Assembly: GCF_009914755.1 (NCBI RefSeq) | Contig: NC_060945.1 | Source: the human T2T-CHM13v2.0 reference genome, Homo sapiens | DNA: 64,000 nucleotides | Reading direction: 5' to 3' (one strand) | Shown here: positions 20,301-45,456 of the stretch, in pieces | Layout of the letters: each line of letters begins with the position of its first letter | How positions within the stretch are numbered: position 1 is the first letter of the stretch | Program-made: the position numbers and the translations under genes | Notes under the pieces: generated by a model | Database searches by the model: none | What the model was told of the DNA's origin: nothing | What the model saw: the letters and a program-made list of their open reading frames with translations, nothing else

Positions 20301-20490
20301 TGTATTTTGTGGAATAGTTTCAGTAGGATTGGTGTTAGTTCTTTAAATATTTGTTAGAATTCAGTAGTGAAGCCATAGAATATTGGGGCTTTTCTTTTCT
20401 GGGAGACTTTTTATTACAGCTTTGTTCTCATTATTTGTTATTGGTCTGTTCATGTTTTGTATTTCTTTGTGTTTCAATTTTGGTGTGTTT
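17365..20490 (-). mobile_element. L1MA-type 3' portion (3'UTR and ORF2 end) containing an AluY at 19310-19609
   Basis: tatttttttgtgggtatacagtag...ggggtatatgagatactttgatacaggcatgcaa L1MA terminus; ORF2 motifs such as gtgggcatcc and tttggaagtattccc. Confidence 0.9.
19310..19609 (+). mobile_element. AluY
   Basis: gagatcgagaccat...ctaacacg, ggagaatgg; A tail; flanking tactgatt repeat. Confidence 0.9.
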
Positions 20491-21125
20491 CTTGGCCCTA
20501 GTCTGGTCCACTCAGACCTGCTCCATGCTCACCATCAGGCAGCTGGTGGTCCTTTTTGAGGAGTGAGTGCAGCAGGGACCAGTGGTTGGGCTGAAGCCCC
20601 TTCACCTCATGCGGACTCTCCAATACTCATTGAACTTCATGGTGAGGGACAGAGGACCCACCCTGGCTCTCAGCGGGAGAGCAGTGAATTCTTGTTCAAG
20701 GAAGCCCCTGGGGCAGCCGCAGGAGGCAGCCCTTGGGAAAAAGCGCCCAAGGCCCCCCTCAACCGGCCATCCTGCCTCCTCTGCAGGACCTTCTCTTCCC
20801 CTCTTTCCCTCCCTCCTGAGGTGAAAAGGAGGGGAGGAGACCACAGAGCCCTCTGTGTCAGGGAAACCTGGCCCTTCCTTTTGAGCGTTCAGGGGACTCG
20901 CATGGGCCTTGCCCCTTCTCCAGGACCTGGAAGCTTCTCTCCCTGAAGAGCCCTGAGTTCCAGTCTCAAGTGTCTCATTCCCCATTGCCTCCTGCTTCTC
21001 CTTTCATCCCCCCCACCACCACCTGGGGCTCACACTCCCTGCCTTTGGGCTTCAAATGTTGTACTACGTGCTTGACCCACTAGCCTGCTTAATCTTCAAA
21101 ATCACTCTATCAAAAAGACATTTTA

Positions 21126-21428
<303 letters not shown>

Positions 21429-21959
21429 TTAAAAAGCGAAATTGCCAAAATCATTCATTTAACCAATAAGATGAGCACCTACCTATCAGGGACAATAAAA
21501 GTTTAAAGGTGCCAACAATTATGAAGGCAGTATTGAATTTACTTGAAATATGAAGAACACCACATTGGGTGAATTTAGATAGGAAGGCCAAGGAGATATT
21601 CCTAGGAATATCATTATATATGGAAAACACTGAAAAAAGACACTGCAGTGTTTGAGAAAATAATGGCCATAGAAAGAGATTTCATGGACCTTCCAGCTTA
21701 TGAAAAAATCAACTGAAATTGCTCGACATTAGGTTAGAACATTAAAAAGGAAAATAAGCCATTATAGAAGGAGAGAATTGGAATAGGGGACAGGAATGAC
21801 CCATTTCCCAGTCTCTGCCTAGAACAGGGCTGGGGAAAAATCTGTGGTCATCACATTCACCATTGCATAAACACATATTCTTTCTATATGTCAGCAAGGA
21901 GCAAGTGCTACCAAGACAAGGCAAGGAAAAGGAATAGAGAATATTGCTGGGTGCTTTTC

Positions 21960-22200
21960 TGTAGGGTGATCAGGAAAGGCCTCACTGAAAAAGAGACATT
22001 AGAGCAGAGCAAGTGACAGAGAGAGAGTCATAGAGAGATCTGTGGGAAGAGCATTCCACGTGAGGGCAACAGACACTGCAAAGGCCCTGAGGCAGGGAGT
22101 GCTTGGCATGTCTGAGGAGCCAGAAAAAGGCCAGTGGGGCTGGAATGGAGTGAGTGAGAAGTAATAGGTGCAGAACACACATGGCCTTAGAGATCATGGC
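21960..22200. mobile_element. L2 fragment
   Basis: gatcaggaaaggcctcactga...tgcaaaggccctgaggcagggagtgcttggcatgtctgagg. Confidence 0.7.
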
Positions 22201-22593
22201 TCTAGGCGTTTTGTTTTATTTTCCAATTTTTAAAATTGTGTTAAAATACACATAACATAAGCGTCTGGGATCCCGCAGGATGCTGGCCCCAAACAGGCCA
22301 ATTTGTCCTGTCTCTGTGGGATTTGTTGGTTCTAGAAGATCAGATTTGGTCTGGGTCACCCAAATCTGTCTGTACCCCAACCTCCACTGTCTGCTCTTAC
22401 CTCCCTAGGTGTTGGCTCAGGTACTGGGCAAACTTTACCAGGAATATATACATTGTGTGGAATTTCTTAGCTTCCATTTCAACAAAGTTGAAACTTCGGG
22501 GAAATGATTTGCCAAGGGTTACAACTTGGGGAAAATGATGATAGTTTGCTTTACAAATTGCTCTAGTTAACCAATAAAAGTATGGCATGCCTA

Positions 22594-23197
22594 CCCAGGT
22601 ACAGTGGAATTCGAGGTAAACAGCAGAACAGATGCATGCTCAGGTACATTTGAGTTGGAGATAAACAGCAAAACAGATGCGTGCTCAGGTACACTTGAAT
22701 TCGAGGTGAACAGCAGTATGCATACGTGCCCAGCTACACTTGAATTCGAGATAAACAGCAGAAAAGATGCGTGCCCATGTACACTTGAATTTGAGATAAA
22801 CAGCAGTATGGATGCATGCTCAGGTACACTTGAATTCAAGGTGAACGGCAGCACGATGTGTGCCCAGCTACACTTGAGTTCGAGGTAAACATCAGCACGA
22901 TGCATGCCCAGATACACTTGAATTCGAGATAAACAGCAGAACAGATGCGTGCTCAGGTACACTTGATTTCAAGGTGAACAGCAGCACGAGGCATGCCCAG
23001 ATAACACTTGAATTCGAGATAAACAGGAGAACAGATGTGTGCTCAGCTACACTTGAATTCGAGGTGAACAGCAGTATGCATGCATGCCCAGATACACTTG
23101 AATTCAAAGTAAACAGCAGCCCAGGTACGCTTGAATTCAAGGTTAACAGCTGTATGCATGTGTGCCCAGCTACACTTGAATTTGAGATCAACAGCAA
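22594..23197. repeat. Minisatellite, about 14 copies of a 45-bp unit (consensus GGTACACTTGAATTCGAGRTRAACAGCAGAACAGATGCRTGCYCA)
   Basis: Units read directly; most are 44-46 bp and one is 33 bp. Confidence 0.95.
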
Positions 23198-25296
23198 TAT
23201 TGAATTTTCTACCAAAAATGCATATGCTCTGTCTCTGAATAAATGTGCAAGAAATGAAAGTTCTACATGCCCAACAACTCTTTGCTTCCATTTCCTTACG
23301 GTCATGAAGCCACACCTGCCTGGAGCTACTAATCTATTTCCTGAGCATCAGAACCCTCTTGCTCATTTGGGGAATCCATCTCCCTGCAGTTGACCTGTGG
23401 ACCTCCAGCATCCCTGGGCAGCCTGAGGACCCTAAACCCTGTAGTTCAGTTTATGACACGCAGGCTTGGAGGAATTTCCCTCCATAAGGCTGCTGTGAAC
23501 TCCCACGCCAGGAGAAATTAAAATTTGTAATACAGCGGAGATCTCTGAATGAGCTTTTCTCCCTGATACATGTCAGCGAACTCAGTGTGTCTTTGGAAAT
23601 CCGGAAACCTCCTTTTCTCAGTTCAGGCTGCCTGCATCATGCTGGTTTGCTTCCTGCAACAAAACAGATCATCCAGACACCTCTCTGTTTTCCTTCGGAT
23701 ATTCCCCACACTACCACGCCATTCGTGGGCAGGACCTCAGTGCCTGAGGTCAGAATAGAGACACCTCTGACATCCCATGGCTGTACCCACAAATAACCCT
23801 TCCTCGGCAGTCGCTGAAGCCACACCTCTACACAGCTGTCTGTTGTCTTACAGTGGCATAAGCATAAAACAGATTTTTTTTTGACATGTATTATAGCACC
23901 TGCTGGCTTTATTTCCCTCCCTTATACCATAATATTGCTTGTTGATTTGTATCAACGGATTTGCATCTTCTGCCCGCCACACACACACACACACACACAC
24001 AGACACATCCACCCCACTCCCCCCACTAGTGACTAGGTACACTTGAATTCGAAGTAAATAGCACACACAAGAGATATGTCCAGCACGTGATTCTCACAGG
24101 CCTGATTTCACAGCGGTGCTGGAGGCAAACCTCGCAGCCTCTAGCCTGTGCAGACCGCATCATGACAAATTGTATAAATATGTGCAAATTGTCCAGATGA
24201 TGTCATGTGTGCCCCAGCCTGCTCTCCAAGTGGGCAGAACGCTTCAGGGAAGGTCAGGGCAGGCCTTGCTCTGAATTCAATTGAGGTAATTGCATTCAAT
24301 TTGCTTAAATGTATCACAGAGAAAAGCCCTGTCTGTTGATCTCAATCGTATTAAGAAGTTTATTTTCCGCCAGGGCCGGACTCCACGGCCTCACGGAGAG
24401 GAAGCCTTCTCTCGGTTATGTCCTTCTTTCTCCTGCTTGATTCCAGGTCCTGGGGGCAGCCCTGGGAATGCCAGAGAGGGCCCCCCGCCCCCGCCACAAG
24501 AAATACCTTATGGCTCTCTCCCTAGCCACCTGCAGGGCTCGGAATGGCCGCAAATAAGCATGAGGATTTCTGTGCTTAGGGAATAGTTTGTCAGCTCTTT
24601 GCAGGTGTGATTTGACGATGCCAGTGAGTGAACAGAGCCTGAGGTTTCACCCCAAAAGATCGTTCTGTGGTTTGCCTACCATGATTCAACAGCCCAGGAT
24701 CTGCTCGGGCACAGACAACCTGAAGTGTAAAGAGGCTCCTGAGAGCCGGGTCCCAGCTCGGCCCCAGACACCCCCTCTGCACCGACCCCACGAGCCCCCA
24801 AAAGTCATCTCTACCAGAGGTTCTCCTCATTTCTGAGAAGAGGGAAGCAGGGCCCATGCGTTTTGAGGTTGCCTCTGGCTCCAACGCGGTGACACGCAAT
24901 GCCAGCCTCATGAGGGTGAGAGTCCTCTGAATGGCCCACGCTCTCTTGTGACAATGACACTTGTCTGTGAAGGAGAAGGCCAAGCTGACTCACACGCTGA
25001 GTGCCCCAAGGATGAAGGGGGTCCCCGGAGTGGGCACCGCACCTCCCTCTTTGCAGACAAGGAGGGGGCGGCTCTGAGACCCACAGGGATGTACCAGAGA
25101 GTGCGTGTTAGGCAGAACCGAACATCCCCAGGAAGGGAGGGAAAAGCAGGTGGCTGATATCTGCAGGGTCCTCTTGTACCTGAAACTCCAAAACTTTACA
25201 CTATTTTCAGAATAACAGCAGCAGCAGATACAAAAGAACTCATGAGGGTTATGTCTTATAAAATAACAGAAAATATCTTAGGCAGACTGGGGAGTT

Positions 25297-27842
<2,546 letters not shown>

Positions 27843-28556
27843 TCTGTCTATATACCTTTCTCTCTCTCTCTCTCCACACACACACGCACACACATAATTG
27901 TTTTTGTAAGCATCTGGAGAATACGTCTAATCATCTAATCTCCCATTTCAATTTGAGATCCATTACTTCCACAGTCAACACTATCCAATTAGCAATAGCC
28001 ACTTAAACACTTCAGGCATCTTGGAATGTCTGTTTTTCTAAGCCAAGATCTAAAACCTTGGATGTCAGATTTTCCAGATCTCCTGTTTTGGGGACTGGTG
28101 TGAAAACGTCATTCGATGACAGGCCGACCCAGGTGGCCCCTGCCTTAACATCAAACGCCATCAAACTCTCCGAACACGCTTCTGGCTCCAGGCAGGTGCC
28201 GTTTTTCTCCCCACAGAAAGGTCAGCTAGAGTCACCCTTAAAATAATGCACTTGTATATTTTTTATTGTGTGGACAAGAAATTGGGAACAGGTTCAGGCT
28301 GCTCAGAAAAACGTGTTAAGTTTATTTTTGAACAGAGGTTTATTAAAAAAAAAAAAAAGCCAAGGAAAGTCATGCATGGTTTTGAGCTTCTGCCTCGCAG
28401 TACCTGGTAGATGCTGGTGTTGCAAAGTGGACACAGCAATTTGATCCCTTCCCTGGGTCACCAGGGAAACCTGTGCCCCACACTTGTCTCAGCTGCAGAT
28501 GTGTAAAAGCGGCTGAGATGGTTTCTTCTAGAAGTGAGTTAAAAAGGACTGTAAGG

Positions 28557-29178
<622 letters not shown>

Positions 29179-29406
29179 GGACTGTAAAACCACTTGTCCT
29201 AACCATGCTGGTTTGTGGATCTTGTTGATCCCTGGGAGACCCAGTGTGGGGCTGTGACTCACAAACTTCCCTAATGTGGGGCCTTGAGTGTATAATCAAC
29301 ACTCTCGCATCTGAAGTTAACTGGGATGCTGGTTTCCTGCAGACACCTTCCAGGGAGAAAAAGCCGAGATGCTGCTGGCTGCATGGGTCCCCCATGGAGT
29401 CACTTA

Positions 29407-31483
<2,077 letters not shown>

Positions 31484-31594
31484 AGATGCAGATACATGAT
31501 TTACGTGGACTCAATGGCTAATAGAGATGACGTTCACCTGGAAACTCTACAGATGGGACCTTGACTAGCTAAGTCTAGGCTGACTGGAGAGTTC

Positions 31595-32210
31595 CTATCT
31601 GTCTATTACCTATCTATCATCTATCAATCAATTTATCTATCTACTATCTATCTATGTATCTATATATCTAACATCTATCATCTTTCTATCAATCATCTAT
31701 CATCTATATATCAATCATCTATCATTTATCTATATATTCATCTATCATCTACCTATCATCAATCTATCATCTATGTATCTAACATCTATCATCTTTCTAT
31801 CAATCATCTATCAATCATCTATCAACTATCAATCATCTATCATCTATCTATATATTCATCATCTATATCTATCAATCAATCATCTATGTATCTATCTATC
31901 CACCTACCTATCTATCAATAAATATTGATAGATAGGTAGGTGGATAGATAAACAGCCCTGATGAGGGCTCTCCTTTGCCTCCAAGATGGCGCCTTCCTGA
32001 TGAATCTTCCAGAAGAAACACCTTGTCTTTACATGAAGACCACCTATCTATCTATGTCTGTGTCTATCCATTCATCCATCTATCCATTCATCTATCTAAT
32101 GTATTCTCTGTGTATTTATCTATTAAATCTATAATCTATGTATCAATTATCTATCTGTCATCTATCTATCTGTCTAGCTAGCTGTCTATCTGCCTATCCT
32201 CTCTCTACTA
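31595..32210. repeat. Second (TATC)n tract, containing a perfect hairpin and an inverted insertion
   Basis: Read directly; see findings. Confidence 0.9.
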
Positions 32211-32612
32211 CCAGGAGTTCATCGGTGGGTCTTGATCCTCTCACTTGGTAAGTATCATCACAGCTTAGAATCTCACGTCTTCACCATCACCTCCTCTCTG
32301 TCCTATATAATTAGTTCCAAGGGTCTTAATTAGGCACTTATGTAACCCAGCACTGCTTATTGCAAAAGTTGAATCTCCAATGAAAGGTTCTTAGCCTCCA
32401 TGGAGATCCTGAGATTCTCTGCTTGGCTGTTCCCAACTTCCATGTCAACCTGGGGCTTGGGGCAACCCCTTCTCCATCTGGCATCTTGCCTCCTCCTTGG
32501 TGGCCTGGGCCAAGACTCTGTTCTCCCTGCCTGCCCGAGTCTCCATAAGCAAGGTTGCACTGCTCATTTAGATCTCAGATCTGTGGAGCTGACTGAGTTT
32601 CTGCATGCCTTA

Positions 32613-32954
<342 letters not shown>

Positions 32955-33394
32955 TCATGGAAAACTGTAAAAGCTGCAATGCTTGATCGCATTTACAGAT
33001 GCTTTTCCTTTGCAGGCTTAACCTTTGTTTGGGTAAACACGCTAATTGTTTTAAACATGATTTGAAAAGTCTGTTTTGCTTCATGAATGTTGAGGAATGA
33101 ATCCAAGGGCTGAGGTTTGCCAAACTCCTCAGGAAACCATCGACCCTGGGTTGTCGCTGTGACAGCTTGGAATCCCAGAACCCACAGGAACTCCAAGCAC
33201 CTGTCACCCTCCTCACCGGTGCCCATTGAGGAGGGTGGCAAGGTGCTCCAATGACCATCACAGGTGGCATCTCACTTTCATCTTAGTGGGCTGCCGAGGG
33301 TAGTGGCATCCTTCTAAATCCTAGCACTTTCTATGAAACGCAAAAAGTTAAGAGTTTGGGGACTGGGGACAACATGGCTGAACAACTCTTAATT

Positions 33395-34982
<1,588 letters not shown>

Positions 34983-35048
34983 TCATCCCTTTTCTTCCAA
35001 AAGATGCCCTGGAATTGGAACAGAGAGAAAATATCTTCCAGGAGAGCT

Positions 35049-35537
35049 GTCTCTCTCTGTGTCTCTCTCCCCCCTCTCTCTCCCCTGTCTCTCTCTCTCT
35101 GTCTCTCTCTCTCCGCTCTCTCTCCTATGTCTCTCTCTCTCCCCTCTCCCGTCTCTCTCTCCCCTCTCTCTCTCTCCCGTCTCTCTCTCCTCTCTCTCTC
35201 TGTCTCTCTCTCTCTCCCTGTCTCTGTCTCTCTCCTCCCTCTCTCCTGTCTCTCTCTCCCCTGTCTCTCTGTCTCTGTGTCTCTCTCTCTCCCCTCCCTC
35301 TCCCGTCTCTCTCTCCCCTCCCTCTCCCGTCTCTCTCTCTCCCCCCTCTGTCTCTCTCCCGTCTCTCTTTCTCCCCCCTCTCCCCTCTGTCTCTTTCTCT
35401 CCCCCCTCCCCTCTCTTTCTCTCTCTCTCTCCCCTCTCTCTTTCCCCGTCTCTCTCTCTCCCCTCTCTCTCCCCATCTCTCTCTCTCTCCCCTCTCTGTC
35501 TCTCTCTCTCTCTCTCTTCCCTGTCTCTCTCTCTCTC

Positions 35538-35581
<44 letters not shown>
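35049..35581. repeat. (CT)n-rich polypyrimidine/polypurine tract
   Basis: About 530 bp almost entirely C/T with sparse G. Confidence 0.95.
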
Positions 35582-35585
<4 letters not shown>

Positions 35586-35934
35586 AGAGCAGCTGTGGGA
35601 CCGCCCATCACAAGAGGCCACATAACTTCCCTTCATCAGTTTCCAGCAATCAGCTGGGAAAATTGTCCCATATGTGGGAGTGCCAAGTGGGGTGCAGGGT
35701 TAGGGCTGGGACACAGGCCACAGCGAGGTTACTGTCTGGCTGCAATTACGTGCACGCTGCGGGAATCCGGGGGTGCCTTGGGGAGCTGTTGCACTCCGGT
35801 TCTTTATAATTGCATGCTCGGAAATTACTCACCCTGCAACGTCTTGGGGCCTTCCCGGTTCAGCATCTGCCCACGTGTTCCCCGAGGAGGAACAGCCTAG
35901 TCTTGGCGGGTTTGGAGCATCTCCACTGTGTTTA

Positions 35935-38058
<2,124 letters not shown>

Positions 38059-38419
38059 CTACCTGTTCATTTCTACGTGTCTTGTGCCCTTAAAGTAAAG
38101 GTGGTGTCTTATCCTCAGCTGTCTCTGTGCACAGGGCCAGAGGAAGGAGTCTTGAGTTTCTTGGAAACAGTACCTGGCTGTAGTGCGGCTTAATCTCTGT
38201 CTCTTGAGCTGACCGGCCAGGTGAATTTGCCCCAAGTCACATTGGAAAAAGCTGGGCCTCTCTGCTCAGCAAACTGGGAGAGAAAAATTACAACCAGATT
38301 GGGTGCGCTCATTACTCCGACGGCAAACACTGAAAAAAATGCCTTAGGTTATTTATTTATCTCGTTATTGATGTATTGGTGTGAATTACATCACTGAAGT
38401 ACTTTGAAATATGTAGCTT

Positions 38420-40362
<1,943 letters not shown>

Positions 40363-40593
40363 TTACATTAACTGAGGATTAAAGTGTGTTCACATTTCCA
40401 GTTTTGCCCATCAGGAAGGCATGTGATTTGAAAGTGTAATTGGCCAATGTCATTTTTGGGGAAACGCACAGCGTGCTGTGGACGTATTAACTTACTGTAA
40501 AGAATGTATGGGGCGTGTGGCCTCCTTGCAGGATTCTGGGACATGGGGTGAAGTCCCCACTATCAATGGGCACCCACAGGTGTGTGGATACCC

Positions 40594-41628
40594 CACCCAC
40601 CAGAGGCTCCAGCATGATTTACCCACCAGAGGCTCCAGCATGATTTACCCACCAGAGGCTCCAGCATGATTTACCCACCAGAGGCTCTAGCATGATTTAC
40701 CCACCAGAAGCTTCAGCATGATTTACCCACCAGAGGCTCCAACATAATTTACCCACCAGAAGCTCCAGCATGATTTACCCACCAGAGGTTCCAGCATGAT
40801 TTACTCACCAGAAGCTCCAGCATAATTTACCCACCAGAAGCTCCACCATGGTCCACCCACCAGAAGCTCCAGCATGGTCCACCCATCAGAAGCTCCAGCA
40901 TAATTTACCTCCAAGAAGCTCCCACTATGGTCTACTCACCAGAAGCTCCAGCATTGTCCACCCACCAGAAGCTCCAGCATGGTCCATCCACCAGAAGCTC
41001 CAGCATGATCCACCCACCAGAAGCTCCAGCATGGTCCACTCACCAGAAGCTCCAGCATGGTCCACCCACCAGAAGCTCCAGCATAATTTACCCATGAGAA
41101 GCTCCAGCATGGTCCACCCACCAGAAGCTCCAGCATGATTTACCCACGAGAAGCTCCAGCATAATTTATCCACCAGAAGCTCCACCGTGGTCTACTCACC
41201 AGAAGCTCCAGCATGATTTACCCACCAGAAGCTCCAGCATGATTTACCCCACCAGAAGCTCCAGCATGCTCCACCCACCAGAAGCTCCACCATGGTCTAT
41301 CCACCAGAAGCTCCACTATGGTCCACCTACCAGAAACTCCAGCATGCTTCACCCACCAGAAGCTCAGCATGGTCCATCCACCAGAAGCTCCACCATGGTC
41401 TACCCACCAGAAGCTCCACCATGGTCCACCTACCAGAAGCTCCAGTATGGTTCACCCACCAGAAGCCCCAGCATGGTCCACCCACCAGAAGCTCCACCAT
41501 GGTCTACTCACCAGAAGCTCCAGCATTATTTACCCACCAGAAGCTCCACCATGGTCCACCCACCAGAAGCTCCAGCATCGCCCACCCACCAGAAGCTCCA
41601 GCATGGTCCACCCACCAGAAGCTCCAGC
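40594..41628. repeat. Minisatellite, about 40 copies of a 26-bp unit (ACCCACCAGAAGCTCCAGCATGATTT / ...CATGGTCC)
   Basis: Read directly. Confidence 0.95.
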
Positions 41629-41803
41629 TTCTTCTAAAAAGCTGATGCTGTTTGCCGTATTTGCTTTCTTTTTCTGGGAGGTGGAGGTTGCAGTGAGCCA
41701 AGATTGCATCACTGTACTCTGGCCTGAGCAACAAAGGCAGAGACTCCATCTCAAACAAACATACAAACACAACAAAAACAAACAAACAAACAAACAAAAA
41801 CAC

Positions 41804-42796
<993 letters not shown>

Positions 42797-42996
42797 TTTT
42801 TTTTCCTGGTGTTACCCACATCATGAAGAATATTGTTTTTTCACCCCACTGATGCTTGGAACCACTTGTCAAGCAGTTTTCTCATATTGTTTTATTTAAA
42901 TAGAAGGAAGAAGGGAAGACCCTGACCTTCCAGGGTACCTGGGGAGGTAAGAAGTAATCTATGTAACAGGAATGGGGAAAGAGAGCAGGTAGTTAG

Positions 42997-43543
<547 letters not shown>

Positions 43544-43748
43544 GTTGACTGCTTTTGTAATCAAGAAACCTTGTGATATATAAATAGCCACTTTCCAAAA
43601 AAAAAAAATCACCAGAATACCTCCAGTATTGACAAGCTGTGGGGTGTTGAGAGAATTCGAGATTGTCTTAGCAGCCTGGGACCTTTCCATAGTCCTGAAC
43701 AGAACAGTGGACGATGATCTCATTGTTGAATCAGGAGGATGTGCTCCT

Positions 43749-44190
43749 ATTCACAACAGCAAAGACTTGGAACCAACCCAAATGCCCATCAGTGATAAAC
43801 TGGATAAAGAAAATGTGGCACATAGACACCATGGAATACTATGCAGCCATAAAAAGGGATGCATTCATGTCCTTTGCAGGGACATGCATGAAGCTGGAAG
43901 CCATCATTCTCAGCAAACTAACACAGGAACAGAAAACCAAACACCGCATGTTCTCACTCATAAGAGGGAGTTGAACAATGAGAACACATGGACACAGAGA
44001 GGGTAACATAACACACTGGGGCCTGTCTGGGGGTTGGGGGAAAGGGGAGGGACAGCATTAGGACAAATACATAATGCAGGCAGGGCTTAAAACCTAGATG
44101 ATGGGTTGATAGGTGCAGCAAACCACCATGGCACATGTATACCTATGTAACAAACCTGCACGTTCTGCAAATGTATACCATAACTTGAAG
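43749..44190 (+). mobile_element. L1PA (roughly PA7-10) 3' fragment
   Basis: [32 protein letters not shown]...KLEAIILSKLTQEQKTKHRMFSL, plus 3'UTR. Confidence 0.92.
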
Positions 44191-44559
44191 TGAAGAAGGA
44201 GAAGGAGAAGGAGGAGAAGGAGAAGGAGAAGGAGAAGGAGAAGGAGAAGAAGAAGAAGGAGAAGGAGAAGGAGAAGGAGAAGGAGAAGGAGAAGGAGAAG
44301 AAGAAGAAGAGGAGGAGGAGGAGAAGGAGGAGGAGGAGAAGGAGGAGGAGGAGAAGGAGGAGGAGGAAGGGGAAGGGGAAAAAGAAGAAGAAGAAGGAGA
44401 GGAGGAAGAAGAGGAAGAGGGAGAAGAGGTAGAAGAAGGAGAAGAAAGAGAAGGAGAGGAGGAAGGGGAAGAAGAGGAAGAAGAAGAAGAAGGAGAAGGA
44501 GAAGGAGAAAAGAAGGAGGAGGAGGAGCGGGAGGAGCAGGAGGAGAAGAAGAAGGAGGG
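44191..44559. repeat. Polypurine (GAA/GAG/GAAGGA)n tract
   Basis: About 370 bp, nearly purine-only, abutting the L1 3' end. Confidence 0.95.
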
Positions 44560-44926
44560 TGTGTTCACATGGAAATTTGCTTCTAGCACCCAGTGGTTAA
44601 AAGGCACGCAAAACCTGTAATCACAGAGAGGGTGGTGATGATGGTTTTTAAACATGTCATTCATTTGGAAGAAAACACTTGTGTCTTTACTTGTCTAGAT
44701 GTAATGCCAAGTACCCACCCTTCCTGTACAGACAGAACTTCATTTACTATTTATTCAAGTTCCTCAAAGAGCAGGGTGAAATAGTTCCCTTTTCTATTTG
44801 GGGGGAAATGGGTTATTATTTACGGGGGTTTTGTTAAGAGAATTGTAAATGATTTCTTCCCTGTCATCTGTCCAAACAGCTCAAGGGGGAACTTTATTAG
44901 AACCAAAGCATGTATTAAAAAGTCTC

Positions 44927-45222
44927 GGCCAGGCACGGTGGCTCACATCTGTAATCCTAGCACTCTGGGAGGCCGAGGTGGGGGGATTACCTGAGGTCAG
45001 GAGTTCAAGACCAGCCTGGCCAAGAAGGTGAAACCTGTGTCTACTAAAAATACAAAAATTAGCCGGACAAGGTGGAGGGTTCCTGTAATCTCATCTGCTC
45101 GGGAGGCTGAGGCAGAGAATTGCTTGAACGCGGGAGGCAGAGGTTGTGGTGAGCCGAGATCGTGCCACTGCACTACAGCCAGGGTGACAGAGTGAGACTC
45201 TGTCTAAAAAATAAAAATAAAA
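44927..45222 (+). mobile_element. AluS
   Basis: Full dimer; aaagtctc-like flanks. Confidence 0.9.
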
Positions 45223-45347
45223 ATGAAGTCTCTAAAATCTTCATTGAAAACTCATTTCGTCTCAAGACATCATTTATTTTGCAAATGTATTCTTCATGGT
45301 GGCATGTGAATTTGTAATGTGATATAGAAATTTTGGAATTTACTTTT

Positions 45348-45456
45348 TTGTTGTTTTTTGGTTGTTATCTTTCTTTTTTTAAAATTTTATTATTATTATA
45401 CTTTAAGTTTTAGGGTACATGTGCACGACATGCAGGTTGGTTACATATGTATACAT
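45348..45456 (-). mobile_element. About 110-bp 5'-truncated L1PA 3' end
   Basis: ttatactttaagttttagggtacatgtgcac...; 12-bp TSD gaatttactttt at 45336-45347 and 45457-45468. Confidence 0.9.

Noticed and set aside
22989-22998. p53 response element (AGGCATGCCC)
   Set aside because: A single half-site only; the other units do not fit RRRCWWGYYY.
22594-23197. CRISPR-like repeat-spacer array
   Set aside because: The variable segments are related to each other and recur rather than being unique spacers; the context is primate DNA with no cas genes. It is a minisatellite.
44143-44664. Poly-Ser and poly-K/E/R ORFs
   Set aside because: Translation of the polypurine simple repeat.
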